Part shown: positions 38,298-48,069 of the stretch, one piece after another | Numbering within the stretch: the stretch's first letter is position 1 | How the letters are laid out: the number at the start of each line of letters is the position of its first letter | Source: Geopsychrobacteraceae bacterium | GTDB taxonomy: Bacteria > Desulfobacterota > Desulfuromonadia > Desulfuromonadales > Geopsychrobacteraceae | Assembly (NCBI GenBank): GCA_963662315.1 | Contig: OY759353.1 | Span: forward strand, 3,296,001 to 3,360,000 | DNA length: 64,000 nucleotides | Direction: 5' to 3' | Made by a program: the position numbers and the translations under genes | Notes under the pieces: generated by a model | The model's input: only the letters and a program-made list of their open reading frames with translations | Told to the model about the DNA's origin: nothing | The model's database searches: none

Positions 38298-40925
38298 TTA
38301 CCCGGTATTGCGAATCCCCGCGGCAATTCCGGCGATGGTGATCATCATCGCCTGGGTCAGGGTGTTGTGATCATCAGTCGGGGGCTGGCTTCTGAAGCGC
38401 TTGAGCAGGATGATCTGCATCATGTGCAACGGGGCAAGGTACGATTCACGACGGCGGATCGAGGCCAGGTTCCAAGGGGCATCGTGCATCAGGCCTTCAC
38501 GCCCGGAGAAGGTGAGCAGAAAGTTGAGATCCTGCTTAAACTGGTCGCGCAGTTCGGCTCCGATATAGCGCAATGAATCTTCAACCAGATACTTTTCATA
38601 CATGGCGGAAATATTACCGTCAGCCTTGGTCAGTACCATTTCCAGCATACTCAGGCGGCTGCGGAAGAAAGGCCACGTTTCGGTCATCTGCTTGATGGTG
38701 TCCCCCTGCCCGGCCTCAGCCTGTTCTTTAATGGCCTGTGCCGCGCCCAACCAGGCGGGCAGGACCAGACGGTTCTGGGCCCAGGCAAAGATCCATGGAA
38801 TGGCGCGCAGACTGCCGATGCTGTCATCTTTTTTGCGTTTTGACGGGCGACTGCCCAGAGGCAAGTGAGCCAATTCCTGCTCCGGCGTTGCCTGGCGGAA
38901 GTAACGGACGAAGTCTTTATTGTCACGCACGAAAGACCGATAATGGCTGCAGGCGCGGTCTGATAGTTTATCCATCAGCGTGCGCCATTCGGCCTGCGGT
39001 TGTGGCGGCGGCATCACCAGTGCTTCGAGTATTGCATCGGCATACATTGCCAGACTCTTCTGGGCTACTTTGGTGGTGCCGAATTTCATACGAATGGTTT
39101 CGCCCTGTTCGGTCACCCGGAATCCGCCTTTGAGTGAGCCCGGTGGTTGCGAGAGGATCGCGGCATGAGCGGGTCCGCCGCCACGCCCGATGGTTCCGCC
39201 ACGGCCATGGAACAGGGTCAGCCTGACCCCCTGGCGGGCACACAGGGCAACCAATTTTTCCATTGCCTGATATTGCGCCCAGGCCGCAGAGAGAACCCCG
39301 GCATCCTTGGCTGAATCGGAATAACCGACCATGACGTACTGTTGGTTACCCATGTAGGCTTTATATTCGCGGCAACTGAACAGTTCGGCGACGACCCGCT
39401 CAGCTTGGTTCAAATCGTCCAGGGTTTCGAATAATGGTGCAATCGGAATTTTAAACGGTACTCCGGCGGCTTTAAGCAGTAGTTGCACGGCCAGTACATC
39501 ACTGACTTCACTGGCCATGGAAATAATATAAATCCCCACAGCTTCCTGGTCCTGTTTGGCCAGCAGACGCATGGTATCAATCACTTCCTGGGTTTCCGCA
39601 CTTGGCTGCCAATCGATGGGCAGGATGCTGCGGTTGTTCTTCAGCTCGTTTTTCAGGAAGGTAACTTTCTGTTTTTCTTCCCAGTGCAGATAATCGCCAA
39701 GGCCCAATGCCTGGGTAATTTCGGCAATGGCTTTAGCATGGAATTCAGAATCCTGGCGGAAATCGAGACGTACCAGAAAAATACCGAAACAGCGTGCGCG
39801 GATCAGGGTATCGAGCAGGCGGCCGTTGGCAACTGCACTCATATTGCATTCACATAAGGAACGGTAACAAAGTTCCAGAGGTTCGAGCAGCTGGCTGTTG
39901 CTGCTGATCACCCTGCTTTCGTCCCACTCGCCAGTTTTCATCAGCCTTTCCAGCTCGGTTCGACTGTCGGTGAGCAGGGCGCGTAATTCCTTCAGAAGCT
40001 GACGATAAGGCTCTTCGACCGGTCCAGTGATTCTGATCAGATCGGTGCTGGCTTTCCACATGGAGAGTTCATCGATCAACGCTTTGACATCGCGCAAGAA
40101 CAACTCGGCCGCTTGCCAGCGGGCCCGCAAGGTGACCGAACGGGTCATTTTGGCGGTTACAAAGGGGTTGCCATCGCGGTCTCCGCCCATCCACGATGAG
40201 AAGCGGATCGGGCAGAATTCCTGCGGCAGCTCTATGCCGAGCTGATCGTGAATTTTGTTCTTGAGGCCTTTGACAAAGCGGGGCACGGCATTCCACAGTG
40301 GCTGCTCAATAACCGCGAAGCCCCATTTGGCTTCGTCAAGGGGCGTTGGGCGTTGAGGGCGGATTTCATTGGAATACCAGCTTTGGATAAACAGGTCTTC
40401 CAAACGTCTGGTGGTCGCCCGGTTGCTGGTACCGAAGGGTTTGTCACGCAGGCAGTGGTTGATTTCATTATACTTCTGAATCATGCTGCGGCGCAGAACC
40501 TCGGTGGGGTGGGCGGTGAGGACCAGATCAATATGCAGGTCCTCTATCGCTTCACGAATGCGAACCGGGTCAATACCGCTGTTTTTCAGGCGGATAATCA
40601 GACCGGCATCGTCATTGTTCTCGCTGGCAACCAGTTTTTCCCCTTCGGGGGTATTGAAAAATTCCTGCTCGGCGATATTGGCGAGGTTGAGAAATTTAGA
40701 AAAACCACGAGCAAAGACGAACAGGTCTTCGTCGCTGCAGGCTTCAAGCTTTTGCAGAAGTTTTTCATATCCGGCCATCTGACCGTCGCGTGAAGATTTG
40801 CCGAGTTCGCGAATCTCTTCAATACGGGTAACCATCTCGGGAGACTTGTCACGGGCAATGGTTTGCCCTAGCAGTGATCCGAGCTGTTGGATTTCCTGGT
40901 GTAACGCATCTGGTGATTTGTACAT
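38298..40925 (-). CDS. ppc: Phosphoenolpyruvate carboxylase
   Basis: VLTAHPTE, SWMGGDRDGNP, VMVGYSDSAKDAG, FHGRGGTIGRGG, LRAIPW and C-terminal RNTG; ATG at 40925 after AAGGA. Confidence 0.97.
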   Translation of the reverse strand: MYKSPDALHQEIQQLGSLLGQTIARDKSPEMVTRIEEIRELGKSSRDGQMAGYEKLLQKLEACSDEDLFVFARGFSKFLNLANIAEQEFFNTPEGEKLVASENNDDAGLIIRLKNSGIDPVRIREAIEDLHIDLVLTAHPTEVLRRSMIQKYNEINHCLRDKPFGTSNRATTRRLEDLFIQSWYSNEIRPQRPTPLDEAKWGFAVIEQPLWNAVPRFVKGLKNKIHDQLGIELPQEFCPIRFSSWMGGDRDGNPFVTAKMTRSVTLRARWQAAELFLRDVKALIDELSMWKASTDLIRITGPVEEPYRQLLKELRALLTDSRTELERLMKTGEWDESRVISSNSQLLEPLELCYRSLCECNMSAVANGRLLDTLIRARCFGIFLVRLDFRQDSEFHAKAIAEITQALGLGDYLHWEEKQKVTFLKNELKNNRSILPIDWQPSAETQEVIDTMRLLAKQDQEAVGIYIISMASEVSDVLAVQLLLKAAGVPFKIPIAPLFETLDDLNQAERVVAELFSCREYKAYMGNQQYVMVGYSDSAKDAGVLSAAWAQYQAMEKLVALCARQGVRLTLFHGRGGTIGRGGGPAHAAILSQPPGSLKGGFRVTEQGETIRMKFGTTKVAQKSLAMYADAILEALVMPPPQPQAEWRTLMDKLSDRACSHYRSFVRDNKDFVRYFRQATPEQELAHLPLGSRPSKRKKDDSIGSLRAIPWIFAWAQNRLVLPAWLGAAQAIKEQAEAGQGDTIKQMTETWPFFRSRLSMLEMVLTKADGNISAMYEKYLVEDSLRYIGAELRDQFKQDLNFLLTFSGREGLMHDAPWNLASIRRRESYLAPLHMMQIILLKRFRSQPPTDDHNTLTQAMMITIAGIAAGIRNTG

Positions 40926-41243
40926 GAGAAATAATCCTTGAGAAGAAAGAAGAGCAAAGGGTGTGCTGATCTCGGATAAAAGAGGGTTTGTTCTTTCAGT
41001 TATAGCAACTCCGCAGGGAGATGACAAGATTTGGAAAATTTCTCCATATATGGATAGCGCTGTGGCGGAATCTGACTATTGTTTCTTGCCCCAAAAGCAC
41101 AAATACCGCTGAGAATGAAAAAGAGAGGGGAGCCTGAGCAGGCAAACCATCAGATCTGGACCTTCTTTTTCAGTTGACATAGTCTCAAGCGGATTATTCA
41201 TGCTAAGATAGCGTTTCAATGGAACGTTTTTGAGGGAGGTCAT

Positions 41244-41438
41244 ATGACTTCAGGTATCACGAACTTAACTTCTGCACCGAGTTATAATCTGGCTTCGGGT
41301 TACACGTCGGCCCTGTCGGGTGTGCGGGGCAGCTTAAATCAGCAGGAGCAGAACGGCCAGGCAGCTCTCTCGCTGATTGATGCTGCAGCCGTTGCGGTTG
41401 ATCCCACCGCCGGTCAGATTATCGATATCTATGCCTGA
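41244..41438 (+). CDS. Small YjfB-like ('putative motility') protein
   Basis: RBS GGAGG; QQEQNGQAALSLI...GQIIDIYA C-terminal pattern. Confidence 0.65.
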   Translation: MTSGITNLTSAPSYNLASGYTSALSGVRGSLNQQEQNGQAALSLIDAAAVAVDPTAGQIIDIYA

Positions 41439-41565
41439 CAGCATTTTCACCTTGATGTTTTTTGGCCGGTCGTAATGAGTATCAGAAATCGGTCTATTGC
41501 CTTATAAGCCGACCAGAACGGCTGTTATGCTGATATTTTCCCAGGACAAGGCAAATCCTTCTGGC

Positions 41566-42390
41566 CTAATCGACATCTGCTCCGGCAGCGATGAGAACAG
41601 CGACGATTTCAGCATGGCCATTTTGCGCGGCGAGGGTCAAAGGGGTGCGGTAATTATTGATGTAGCAGTTGATGTTGGCTCCGGCGGCGATCAGATATTT
41701 AACGATTTCCAGATGTCCGTTTTGAGCGGCAACGATCAGGGCGGTTACACCACTTGTGCTTCTCCTGTTAACATCTGCCCCGGATTCGATCAACTTTGCA
41801 ACAATAGCGGTATGGCCATTCTGGGCGGCCAGCATGATGGCTGTACCACCGGTTGCATTGTGCTCGTTGATGTCGGCTTTGGCGGCGATCAGTTGTTCGA
41901 CAATGTGTGCATGGCCGTTTTGTGCGGCAACAATCAAAGCGGTAAAGCCGCCGCTTGACTGATTGTTCACCTTCGCACCGGCACTAAGCAGTTGATCGAC
42001 AATCTGTCCATGACCATTCTGGGCTGCCAGCATCAGGGCAGTGTAACCACCACCGGCCTGATTATTGACATCTGCTCCAGCGGCAATCAGTTTTTCAACA
42101 ATTTCAGCATGGCCGTTTTCTGCCGCAAAAAGAGTGGCTGTTTCACCGATATAATTACGCCCGTTGATATCGACACCGGCCGCTATGCAGGATTCAACTT
42201 CAAGGAGATTCCCATCACTTGCGGCTCGCCACAGATCTTCATTCAGATATGTTGCCGCCAGTACGCCATGCATAAATAGCCATAGAGACAAAACGAATAT
42301 CAATCCAGAAGTGCGGAGTCGCTTTGTCAAATGAAGATTCCCCCTATTCCTGTAGCAGATCGTTCTTGTAAAAAGGAAAATGGAGTTCAT
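41566..42390 (-). CDS. Ankyrin repeat protein, possibly exported; start uncertain
   Basis: About seven repeats of G-x-TAL-xx-AAQNGH-xx-IV-xx-LI-xx-GADVN after a hydrophobic segment. Confidence 0.9.
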   Translation of the reverse strand: MNSIFLFTRTICYRNRGNLHLTKRLRTSGLIFVLSLWLFMHGVLAATYLNEDLWRAASDGNLLEVESCIAAGVDINGRNYIGETATLFAAENGHAEIVEKLIAAGADVNNQAGGGYTALMLAAQNGHGQIVDQLLSAGAKVNNQSSGGFTALIVAAQNGHAHIVEQLIAAKADINEHNATGGTAIMLAAQNGHTAIVAKLIESGADVNRRSTSGVTALIVAAQNGHLEIVKYLIAAGANINCYINNYRTPLTLAAQNGHAEIVAVLIAAGADVD

Positions 42391-42420
42391 CAGAGCTAGT
42401 TAAGATCTGACGACCACAGG

Positions 42421-42972
42421 TCAATAATTGCAAGATGCGGATAAGTCTGAATCAACTTTCTGTTTGATTTTTTTACCGTTCTCCAGCTTGTAGACAGAAA
42501 CTCCATCGATTGGCTCGATGACAATTTCATAGTTCGCGTTTTCTTCAGGAACAAAAGCTGAAGACGTATAAAAAAATTTGAAGCAGCTCCGCGCGCAGGA
42601 TTGGTACTTTGTCCGATAGCTGTTGACCAATGGCACACCCGCTTTAACCTTAAATGTCGCTGTACTGCTGACGGATCTATTCAGGTTAAGCTGTCCCATA
42701 ACGACTGGACTGCTCGAACATGCAACCGATTTGTAAAGGTAAATGGCAGTTGGGAATGTGCGCCGGTATTCCGTTGAAATCAGTTTTCCGTTGAACGTGT
42801 CCTTTTCATCTACGGGAACAATGTTCCCGGTTTTTTCTGAAATATAATGATTAACGTCTTGCCTGACATAGGTAACAGACGCCAGGGCTCCACTATTATC
42901 AACCGAGTAGATGGGTTTTGCACAACCTGATAAGAGGGTCAAAAAAGAAATCAATAAAATGAATTTTTTCAT
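42421..42972 (-). CDS. Hypothetical lipoprotein
   Basis: MKK, hydrophobic core and LSGC lipobox. Confidence 0.75.
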   Translation of the reverse strand: MKKFILLISFLTLLSGCAKPIYSVDNSGALASVTYVRQDVNHYISEKTGNIVPVDEKDTFNGKLISTEYRRTFPTAIYLYKSVACSSSPVVMGQLNLNRSVSSTATFKVKAGVPLVNSYRTKYQSCARSCFKFFYTSSAFVPEENANYEIVIEPIDGVSVYKLENGKKIKQKVDSDLSASCNY

Positions 42973-43125
42973 AACATTGCAGTCCTTTGCGGAAAGGTTT
43001 TATTAAAATATATTATTCCCGACAGGGTTTTACTTAGGTAGTGTCGTAATTAATGAACTCTTCCGATACCTTTTTATTGAAGTTTTTTCTTATGCATAAC
43101 TATGCAGCCCGATAGCGTCGTCCCG

Positions 43126-43704
43126 TTAACAGTACAGCTGAACATCAGGCAAATTGTTAAACACCTGCTCAACATCGTCATAGCGTTCTAAAACGTCTGT
43201 TATGACAGGAAGTGGCTCTGCCCAGATTTCTGGAAGGTCGCACATTTCTCTGCCGTGGGCAGGAAAAGCCAAGGCTTCAACAGGGGGACAGAACAGCGCA
43301 TTGACGCCTTCCTTGTTACCTCTGGCATCAATGCGGTACCAGCCATGCTCTTTGAGGTAGACAGCATTAAGGCCATGGAGACAATAGGGAGCACCGGAAT
43401 CATAAAGAGATAAACGCTGGTAGCATAATCCGGTCGGGATTCCGTTTTTACGAAGTAAAGCTGCCAGCAGGTGGCTTTTGGCGTAGCAATAGCCGGTACC
43501 ATGCAATAAAACGTCAGATGCCCGGCAGGTCACGGGATTCAACTTGTAGTCCCAGCTATGCTTGATATTGTCACGGACAAATTCAAAGCACCGCTTGATC
43601 ACGTCATTGTCATCCTTTGTTCCCTGAGAAAGGAGCTCTGCTTGTTTTGAAACAGCAGAATCGTAAAAGTCAATATACTGACTTGCTTGCAGATATTGCT
43701 TCAT
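43126..43704 (-). CDS. Transglutaminase-like family protein
   Basis: FVRDNIKHS, GYCYAKSHLLAALLR, LHGLNAV, WYRIDARG (Cys-His-Asp triad). Confidence 0.88.
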   Translation of the reverse strand: MKQYLQASQYIDFYDSAVSKQAELLSQGTKDDNDVIKRCFEFVRDNIKHSWDYKLNPVTCRASDVLLHGTGYCYAKSHLLAALLRKNGIPTGLCYQRLSLYDSGAPYCLHGLNAVYLKEHGWYRIDARGNKEGVNALFCPPVEALAFPAHGREMCDLPEIWAEPLPVITDVLERYDDVEQVFNNLPDVQLYC

Positions 43705-43849
43705 CTTTTCTCCCAAATCGTTAACAGGTTCGGCCTCATAGTAACACAGCGGCGTACCGACTCGGCAAAAAAGGAGGTGTGCTCGGTCAATTTCATCGCC
43801 ATGGTCCTCATTGTTACACGATGATCGATTTGCAACGCTGAACGCAATT

Positions 43850-45301
43850 CTATTTCAGGTAACGTAAGGCATGGTAATCGGTGTACGCAGAAAGAGTCGG
43901 TGCGACACTTGATTCTCGACCTATTCCGCTGCTTTTGATTCCGCCAAAGGGCATCCCAAAAACCGATGAGCCCAGGCCATGGGTATTAATAAAGGTCAAG
44001 CCGGCTTCGATTTCTCTTGCGACTTCTACCGCACGGTCAAAATCACCCGACCATACAGAGGAAGCCAGGCCATATTCACTTGCATTGGCATAAGTAAGCG
44101 CTTCTTCGAGTGTTCTATATGGAGTAATCGGGATAACGGGGCCAAACTGCTCGCAGCCAACAAGTTGTGATGTATGATCTCGGTCTAGCACGACATGTGG
44201 CCTTATATAGTAGCCGTTGCTCCAATTCTCAGGTTCCAGCATGGTTCCCAATTCATAGACCTTACAACCCACGGATCTGGCGTTTTCGACAAGGCTGCAT
44301 AAAAAAGCCAATTGACTGGCATTGTTGACCGGACCAAGGGAGGCTCTTTCATCCAGGCCATGGCCAACTTTAAATTCATTGATGTGGTCACAAATTGAGT
44401 CGATGAAGGTGCTACATAGCTTTTCCGGGACATAAAGGCGTTTGACGGCATAACAAACTTGGCCGGTACGGGTAAAGATACCTCTGAGCAACCGGGGCAT
44501 AATCTCTTCAAGATTGACATCGTCAAGCAAAATGGCAGGATCATTTCCTCCCAATTCAAGAGTAACTGCTTTGAACGAGGCGGCCGCCTGGTTCATAACT
44601 TTCTTTCCTGTCTTGCTACCTCCGGTAAAGGCCACTTTTTTTACCAGCTCATGCCGAGTCAGTGCGGTTCCTGTTTCTTCATCTCCGTGGACGACATTGA
44701 TGACGCCGTCTGGTAAACACGCTGACATTCTTTTCAACAATAACGTTAAGGCAAGGGGGGCATTTGGTGAAGGTTTTACAACAATGGTATTGCCCGTCAT
44801 CAATGCGGGAGCAAGCTTCATCATGGTTAAAACGACTGGCATGTTCCATGGAACAATCGCAACAACGACGCCCTTGGGTATTTTTTCAATACTTATCCAG
44901 CTGATGTCGTCTTCACTTTGCTCCGCTTCCATAAACTCGGCGACTACCCCTGAATACTTTTCCAAATAATTGTAGCCCGCCATAAAGTCCATATTGGCTT
45001 CACGCAACAACCCTCCATGCTCAGATACGAGTAACGGGGCTAGTTCCGCTATGGATGCTTTCAGCACGCCAGCTGCTGACATGACTTGAGCTATTCTTTC
45101 TTTGGTCTCTAGCTTTCGCCAGCGTAAAAACGCCTGGTGCGCCGCCTGAACAGCTCTATCGACGTCTTCTACGCTAGCAACAGGAGCCCGCCCAATGCGA
45201 TCGGTCAAACGACCTGGATCATAGACATCGGTATAATTCTTAGTTGAAATGTCACAATTATTGATCCAAAGGTCGACCTGAAGATCGTGGCACCTGTCCA
45301 T
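43850..45301 (-). CDS. Aldehyde dehydrogenase family protein
   Basis: IVPWNMP, VKPS, FTGG, LELGGND, GQVCYA, EQFGPV, PFGGIKSSGIGRE; RBS AAGGAGG. Confidence 0.93.
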   Translation of the reverse strand: MDRCHDLQVDLWINNCDISTKNYTDVYDPGRLTDRIGRAPVASVEDVDRAVQAAHQAFLRWRKLETKERIAQVMSAAGVLKASIAELAPLLVSEHGGLLREANMDFMAGYNYLEKYSGVVAEFMEAEQSEDDISWISIEKIPKGVVVAIVPWNMPVVLTMMKLAPALMTGNTIVVKPSPNAPLALTLLLKRMSACLPDGVINVVHGDEETGTALTRHELVKKVAFTGGSKTGKKVMNQAAASFKAVTLELGGNDPAILLDDVNLEEIMPRLLRGIFTRTGQVCYAVKRLYVPEKLCSTFIDSICDHINEFKVGHGLDERASLGPVNNASQLAFLCSLVENARSVGCKVYELGTMLEPENWSNGYYIRPHVVLDRDHTSQLVGCEQFGPVIPITPYRTLEEALTYANASEYGLASSVWSGDFDRAVEVAREIEAGLTFINTHGLGSSVFGMPFGGIKSSGIGRESSVAPTLSAYTDYHALRYLK

Positions 45302-45404
45302 CAGCTTCCTCCTTCTTTTCCAGTGAGATTACGGAATATTTAAAATGTCTCAATACTTGCAAAGATGGCTGCAAGTGACTCAATCATGAAATGTATTGAT
45401 AGGC

Positions 45405-45421
45405 AGCATGAACAATGCCAA
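45405..45421 (-). promoter_or_regulatory. Sigma54 (-24/-12) promoter for the aldehyde dehydrogenase
   Basis: Minus strand TTGGCATTGTTCATGCT = GG-N10-GC, about 100 bp upstream of the ATG. Confidence 0.55.
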
Positions 45422-45703
45422 TCAACCAGAAAGTTCTCTGCTTATGATGCTCCGTTTTTGTTGCATGAACAAAGAGCTGTGAAAGTGGGGCATGAGAGTC
45501 AATCTTTATCTTAGCTTCAACCTCTTATCGCGTTGTTTGTCTCTTTTGAATAGAGATTAAATTCATGTCATCTTTAGAAAAAAGACAAAAAATCTCACTT
45601 TAAAACTTAGGCCATTCAAAGATGCTCTGCTGACATTTTAATAACTCAGTAGTAAGAGGGGTCGCTAGGCAAGATATTTAACCGGGACTTAGCAGATCAG
45701 AGA

Positions 45704-46324
45704 TTATTTCAGTACGAGAAAACCTCCTGCCACCATCAGCAGCAAACCGGAAAACCGCTCAATGCGGTATGTATGGGCATCAAGAACTTGACGGACAAAG
45801 GCGCTGCCAATGCAGAAAGAGATAAGTAGATCCCAAAGCAGTACGACACTGAACATCCAGCCACCATAATAAAGCTGATGCCGGATCGGAGTCTGCTGGG
45901 ATACAATGACGGACATGAGACTCAGATAGAAAATTGCATTTTTAGGGTTGAGGATCGCTGACAGGAAGCCACGCACAAACATTTGCATATGGCCGATGTT
46001 TGGTGCTTCGAGCCGCGGTTCCGTGGTGCAGATATTTTTCCGGGCCGACTTGATCAATAGCATACCCAAGTACATGAGATAGCCCGCCGCAATAATTTTC
46101 ATTCCACCAAAGATCAGCGCATTTTCCCTGAGGATACTGAAGCCACCGACCGCCAAAAGAATATACACGCCGTTGGCAACTGCGATCCCGAGGCAGGTCC
46201 CAATGGTTTTCCGATAGCCATATTTAATCGAACACCCCATGAGCAGGAGAAAATCAGGCCCAGGACTGAGAAGGGCGACAAAATGGGCTATTGCAAGAGA
46301 ACCGAATTCAACAAAATCAATCAT
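45704..46324 (-). CDS. LysE/RhtB family translocator
   Basis: ALLSPGPDF, GFLSAILNPKNAIFY; ATG at 46324 after AAGGAG. Confidence 0.9.
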   Translation of the reverse strand: MIDFVEFGSLAIAHFVALLSPGPDFLLLMGCSIKYGYRKTIGTCLGIAVANGVYILLAVGGFSILRENALIFGGMKIIAAGYLMYLGMLLIKSARKNICTTEPRLEAPNIGHMQMFVRGFLSAILNPKNAIFYLSLMSVIVSQQTPIRHQLYYGGWMFSVVLLWDLLISFCIGSAFVRQVLDAHTYRIERFSGLLLMVAGGFLVLK

Positions 46325-46391
46325 GACCAACACTCCTTTTTTAAGGAGTGTAGTGGTTATTGACCCTGGAAGATTGTATCGAATTGACTTT

Positions 46392-47195
46392 TCAGGAACG
46401 TGACTGGTATTGACCAGGAGTCGCTGCGGTAAATTGGCGGAAAGTTCGATGGAAATGGCTCTGATCAACAAACCCGGTTTCTGCCGCGACTGCTGCAGGT
46501 GGCAAACCGTCTTTCAGCAGTTTTTTTGCCCTGTCTATACGCACGTTGAGGCGGTATTCGTGCGGCGTTAATCCCACATTCTTTTTAAAACTGCGAAGTA
46601 AATGGTAGGGATTGTAACCTACTTTGGCGGCCAGCTGCTGCAAAGTAATATTTTCGCCGAGGGAGTGACTGAGGAGGTCTTTTATCGCGTCAATGTATGC
46701 TGGCGGGATGGGAGTGTTTGTCTCAGGGCTTTGGGCATTGAGTTGCAATAAATCAGCAACAAAACCCGTTAATTGTTCTGAAAAATTCAATGCAAAACCA
46801 GGCTGCTTCAACTGATTTGCTAAACTCACAAGTCTTGAAAAAAGTGCGGTGTTGTTAATGACCGGCATCTTTGGCAGCTTAAGTTTGGGGTATTCGCCTA
46901 AAACTTCGCGCTGTAAAGCGAGGCACCAGTCAGCGTCAAAATGGGCCATCAAGTAGGACCTGGAATCCTTCTCAGGGTTACAGCTATGGACAATATCAGG
47001 GCCTATAACCACCAGCGAACCCGCCGGGACGAGATAGTCAGCCCCCTGCAAATGCATTATGGTCGCTCCCTGAGTCACTGCCCCAATAGACAACTCGGGA
47101 TGGGAATGATCTTTGTAACGTTCTGAACTATTCTCTGTAAAGCGTAACTCAAACCAAGGGATTGAGGGCAACGCGGCAAAATGATTTATAGGCAT
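46392..47195 (-). CDS. AraC family transcriptional regulator
   Basis: Cupin HSH...VHSC; C-terminal double HTH (FKKNVGLTPHEY, GFVDQSHFHRTF). Confidence 0.93.
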   Translation of the reverse strand: MPINHFAALPSIPWFELRFTENSSERYKDHSHPELSIGAVTQGATIMHLQGADYLVPAGSLVVIGPDIVHSCNPEKDSRSYLMAHFDADWCLALQREVLGEYPKLKLPKMPVINNTALFSRLVSLANQLKQPGFALNFSEQLTGFVADLLQLNAQSPETNTPIPPAYIDAIKDLLSHSLGENITLQQLAAKVGYNPYHLLRSFKKNVGLTPHEYRLNVRIDRAKKLLKDGLPPAAVAAETGFVDQSHFHRTFRQFTAATPGQYQSRS

Positions 47196-47352
47196 AAGCC
47201 AAATTTAGGCAGACAGAGTCATCTCGGCAAGCAAAAAATCAGGGTTCATCCCATCTTTGTCAGGTGGATTTGGGGCAAATAAGAAAACTTAGAAAAAGCC
47301 ATGACCAAACCACAATATCCGATGGAAAACTTTCAGTAATTATCGTCATGAC

Positions 47353-47381
47353 TTGACAGCCGTGCCGTTTCACTCTATTCA
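47353..47381 (+). promoter_or_regulatory. Putative sigma70 promoter of the effector module
   Basis: TTGACA-N17-TATTCA. Confidence 0.45.
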
Positions 47382-47519
47382 TTAAAGCCGAAAAGTTTCA
47401 AGCGGGAGGGGGCCTGCCTGATTGTTCAGCTATTTTCTGTGTCTGTCAGCTAATCCTACAATCATTCAAGCGTCTCTCCTTCGTTATTACACCTAAATAT
47501 CAAACACGAGGGGGAACTC

Positions 47520-48068
47520 ATGTCCAAAGGAAACGTTCTGATCAACGGTCGCACCGCCGTGCATAAAGGGAGTAACGGCACACTGACCACCATCGATGTG
47601 TGCCTGACCAAAGTCGGTAAACCTGTCATACCTATTCCTTATGTCAATATCGCCCGCAGTGCCGACGCCGCCCAAACCGCCAGCACTGTATTCGTCAACG
47701 GTAACCCTATTTGCCATAAGAATTCCATATTTTCCAAAAGCACCGGCGACGAGCCCGGCAACCGCAAAGGGATCAAAAGCGGCACCATCACTGAAAAAGC
47801 CGAGTTCGTCACTGCCTCCAGCAATGTCTACATCGAAGGTATCGCCGCCGTGCGCCAGGGGGACATGATGGTCAGCAACAACGCCAACACCGCGCCCATG
47901 CCACTGATGCAACCGGGAGCGGCGAGGCCGAAGAAGAATAAGCTTGAGGATGTAGATGGGGTAGATGAGAGTGAACTCCCTTATGCTGTCCCGATTAAGG
48001 TATCAGGAAGTCAGGTCAGTCTGCAGAATGACCTGAATGGTATCTGTGATGATGAAGGGGACTGCTAA
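47520..48068 (+). CDS. PAAR-like DUF4150 protein with an acidic C-terminal extension
   Basis: DVCLT...PIPYVNIA, STGDEPG...GIKSGT, NVYIEG...VRQGD...NNANT. Confidence 0.9.
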   Translation: MSKGNVLINGRTAVHKGSNGTLTTIDVCLTKVGKPVIPIPYVNIARSADAAQTASTVFVNGNPICHKNSIFSKSTGDEPGNRKGIKSGTITEKAEFVTASSNVYIEGIAAVRQGDMMVSNNANTAPMPLMQPGAARPKKNKLEDVDGVDESELPYAVPIKVSGSQVSLQNDLNGICDDEGDC

Positions 48069-48069
48069 T

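Noticed and set aside
41141..41161. GGCAAACCATC resembling a c-di-GMP-I riboswitch
   Set aside because: Lacks the GNRA tetraloop, the GACGCAAAG junction and the second stem
41566..42230. Periodic DNA repeats as a CRISPR or tandem array
   Set aside because: The ~99-bp periodicity is explained by ankyrin repeats; the Sel1 genes are explained the same way
43094..43131. attC-like ends (TAAC...GTTATGC on the minus strand) after the transglutaminase gene
   Set aside because: Only about 38 bp, no internal dyad, and no integron integrase or repeated attC sites
47482..47502. CGTTAT-N9-ATATCA upstream of DUF4150 as a ModE-like box
   Set aside because: Wrong spacing, a mismatched half-site and an AT-rich context make a chance match likely
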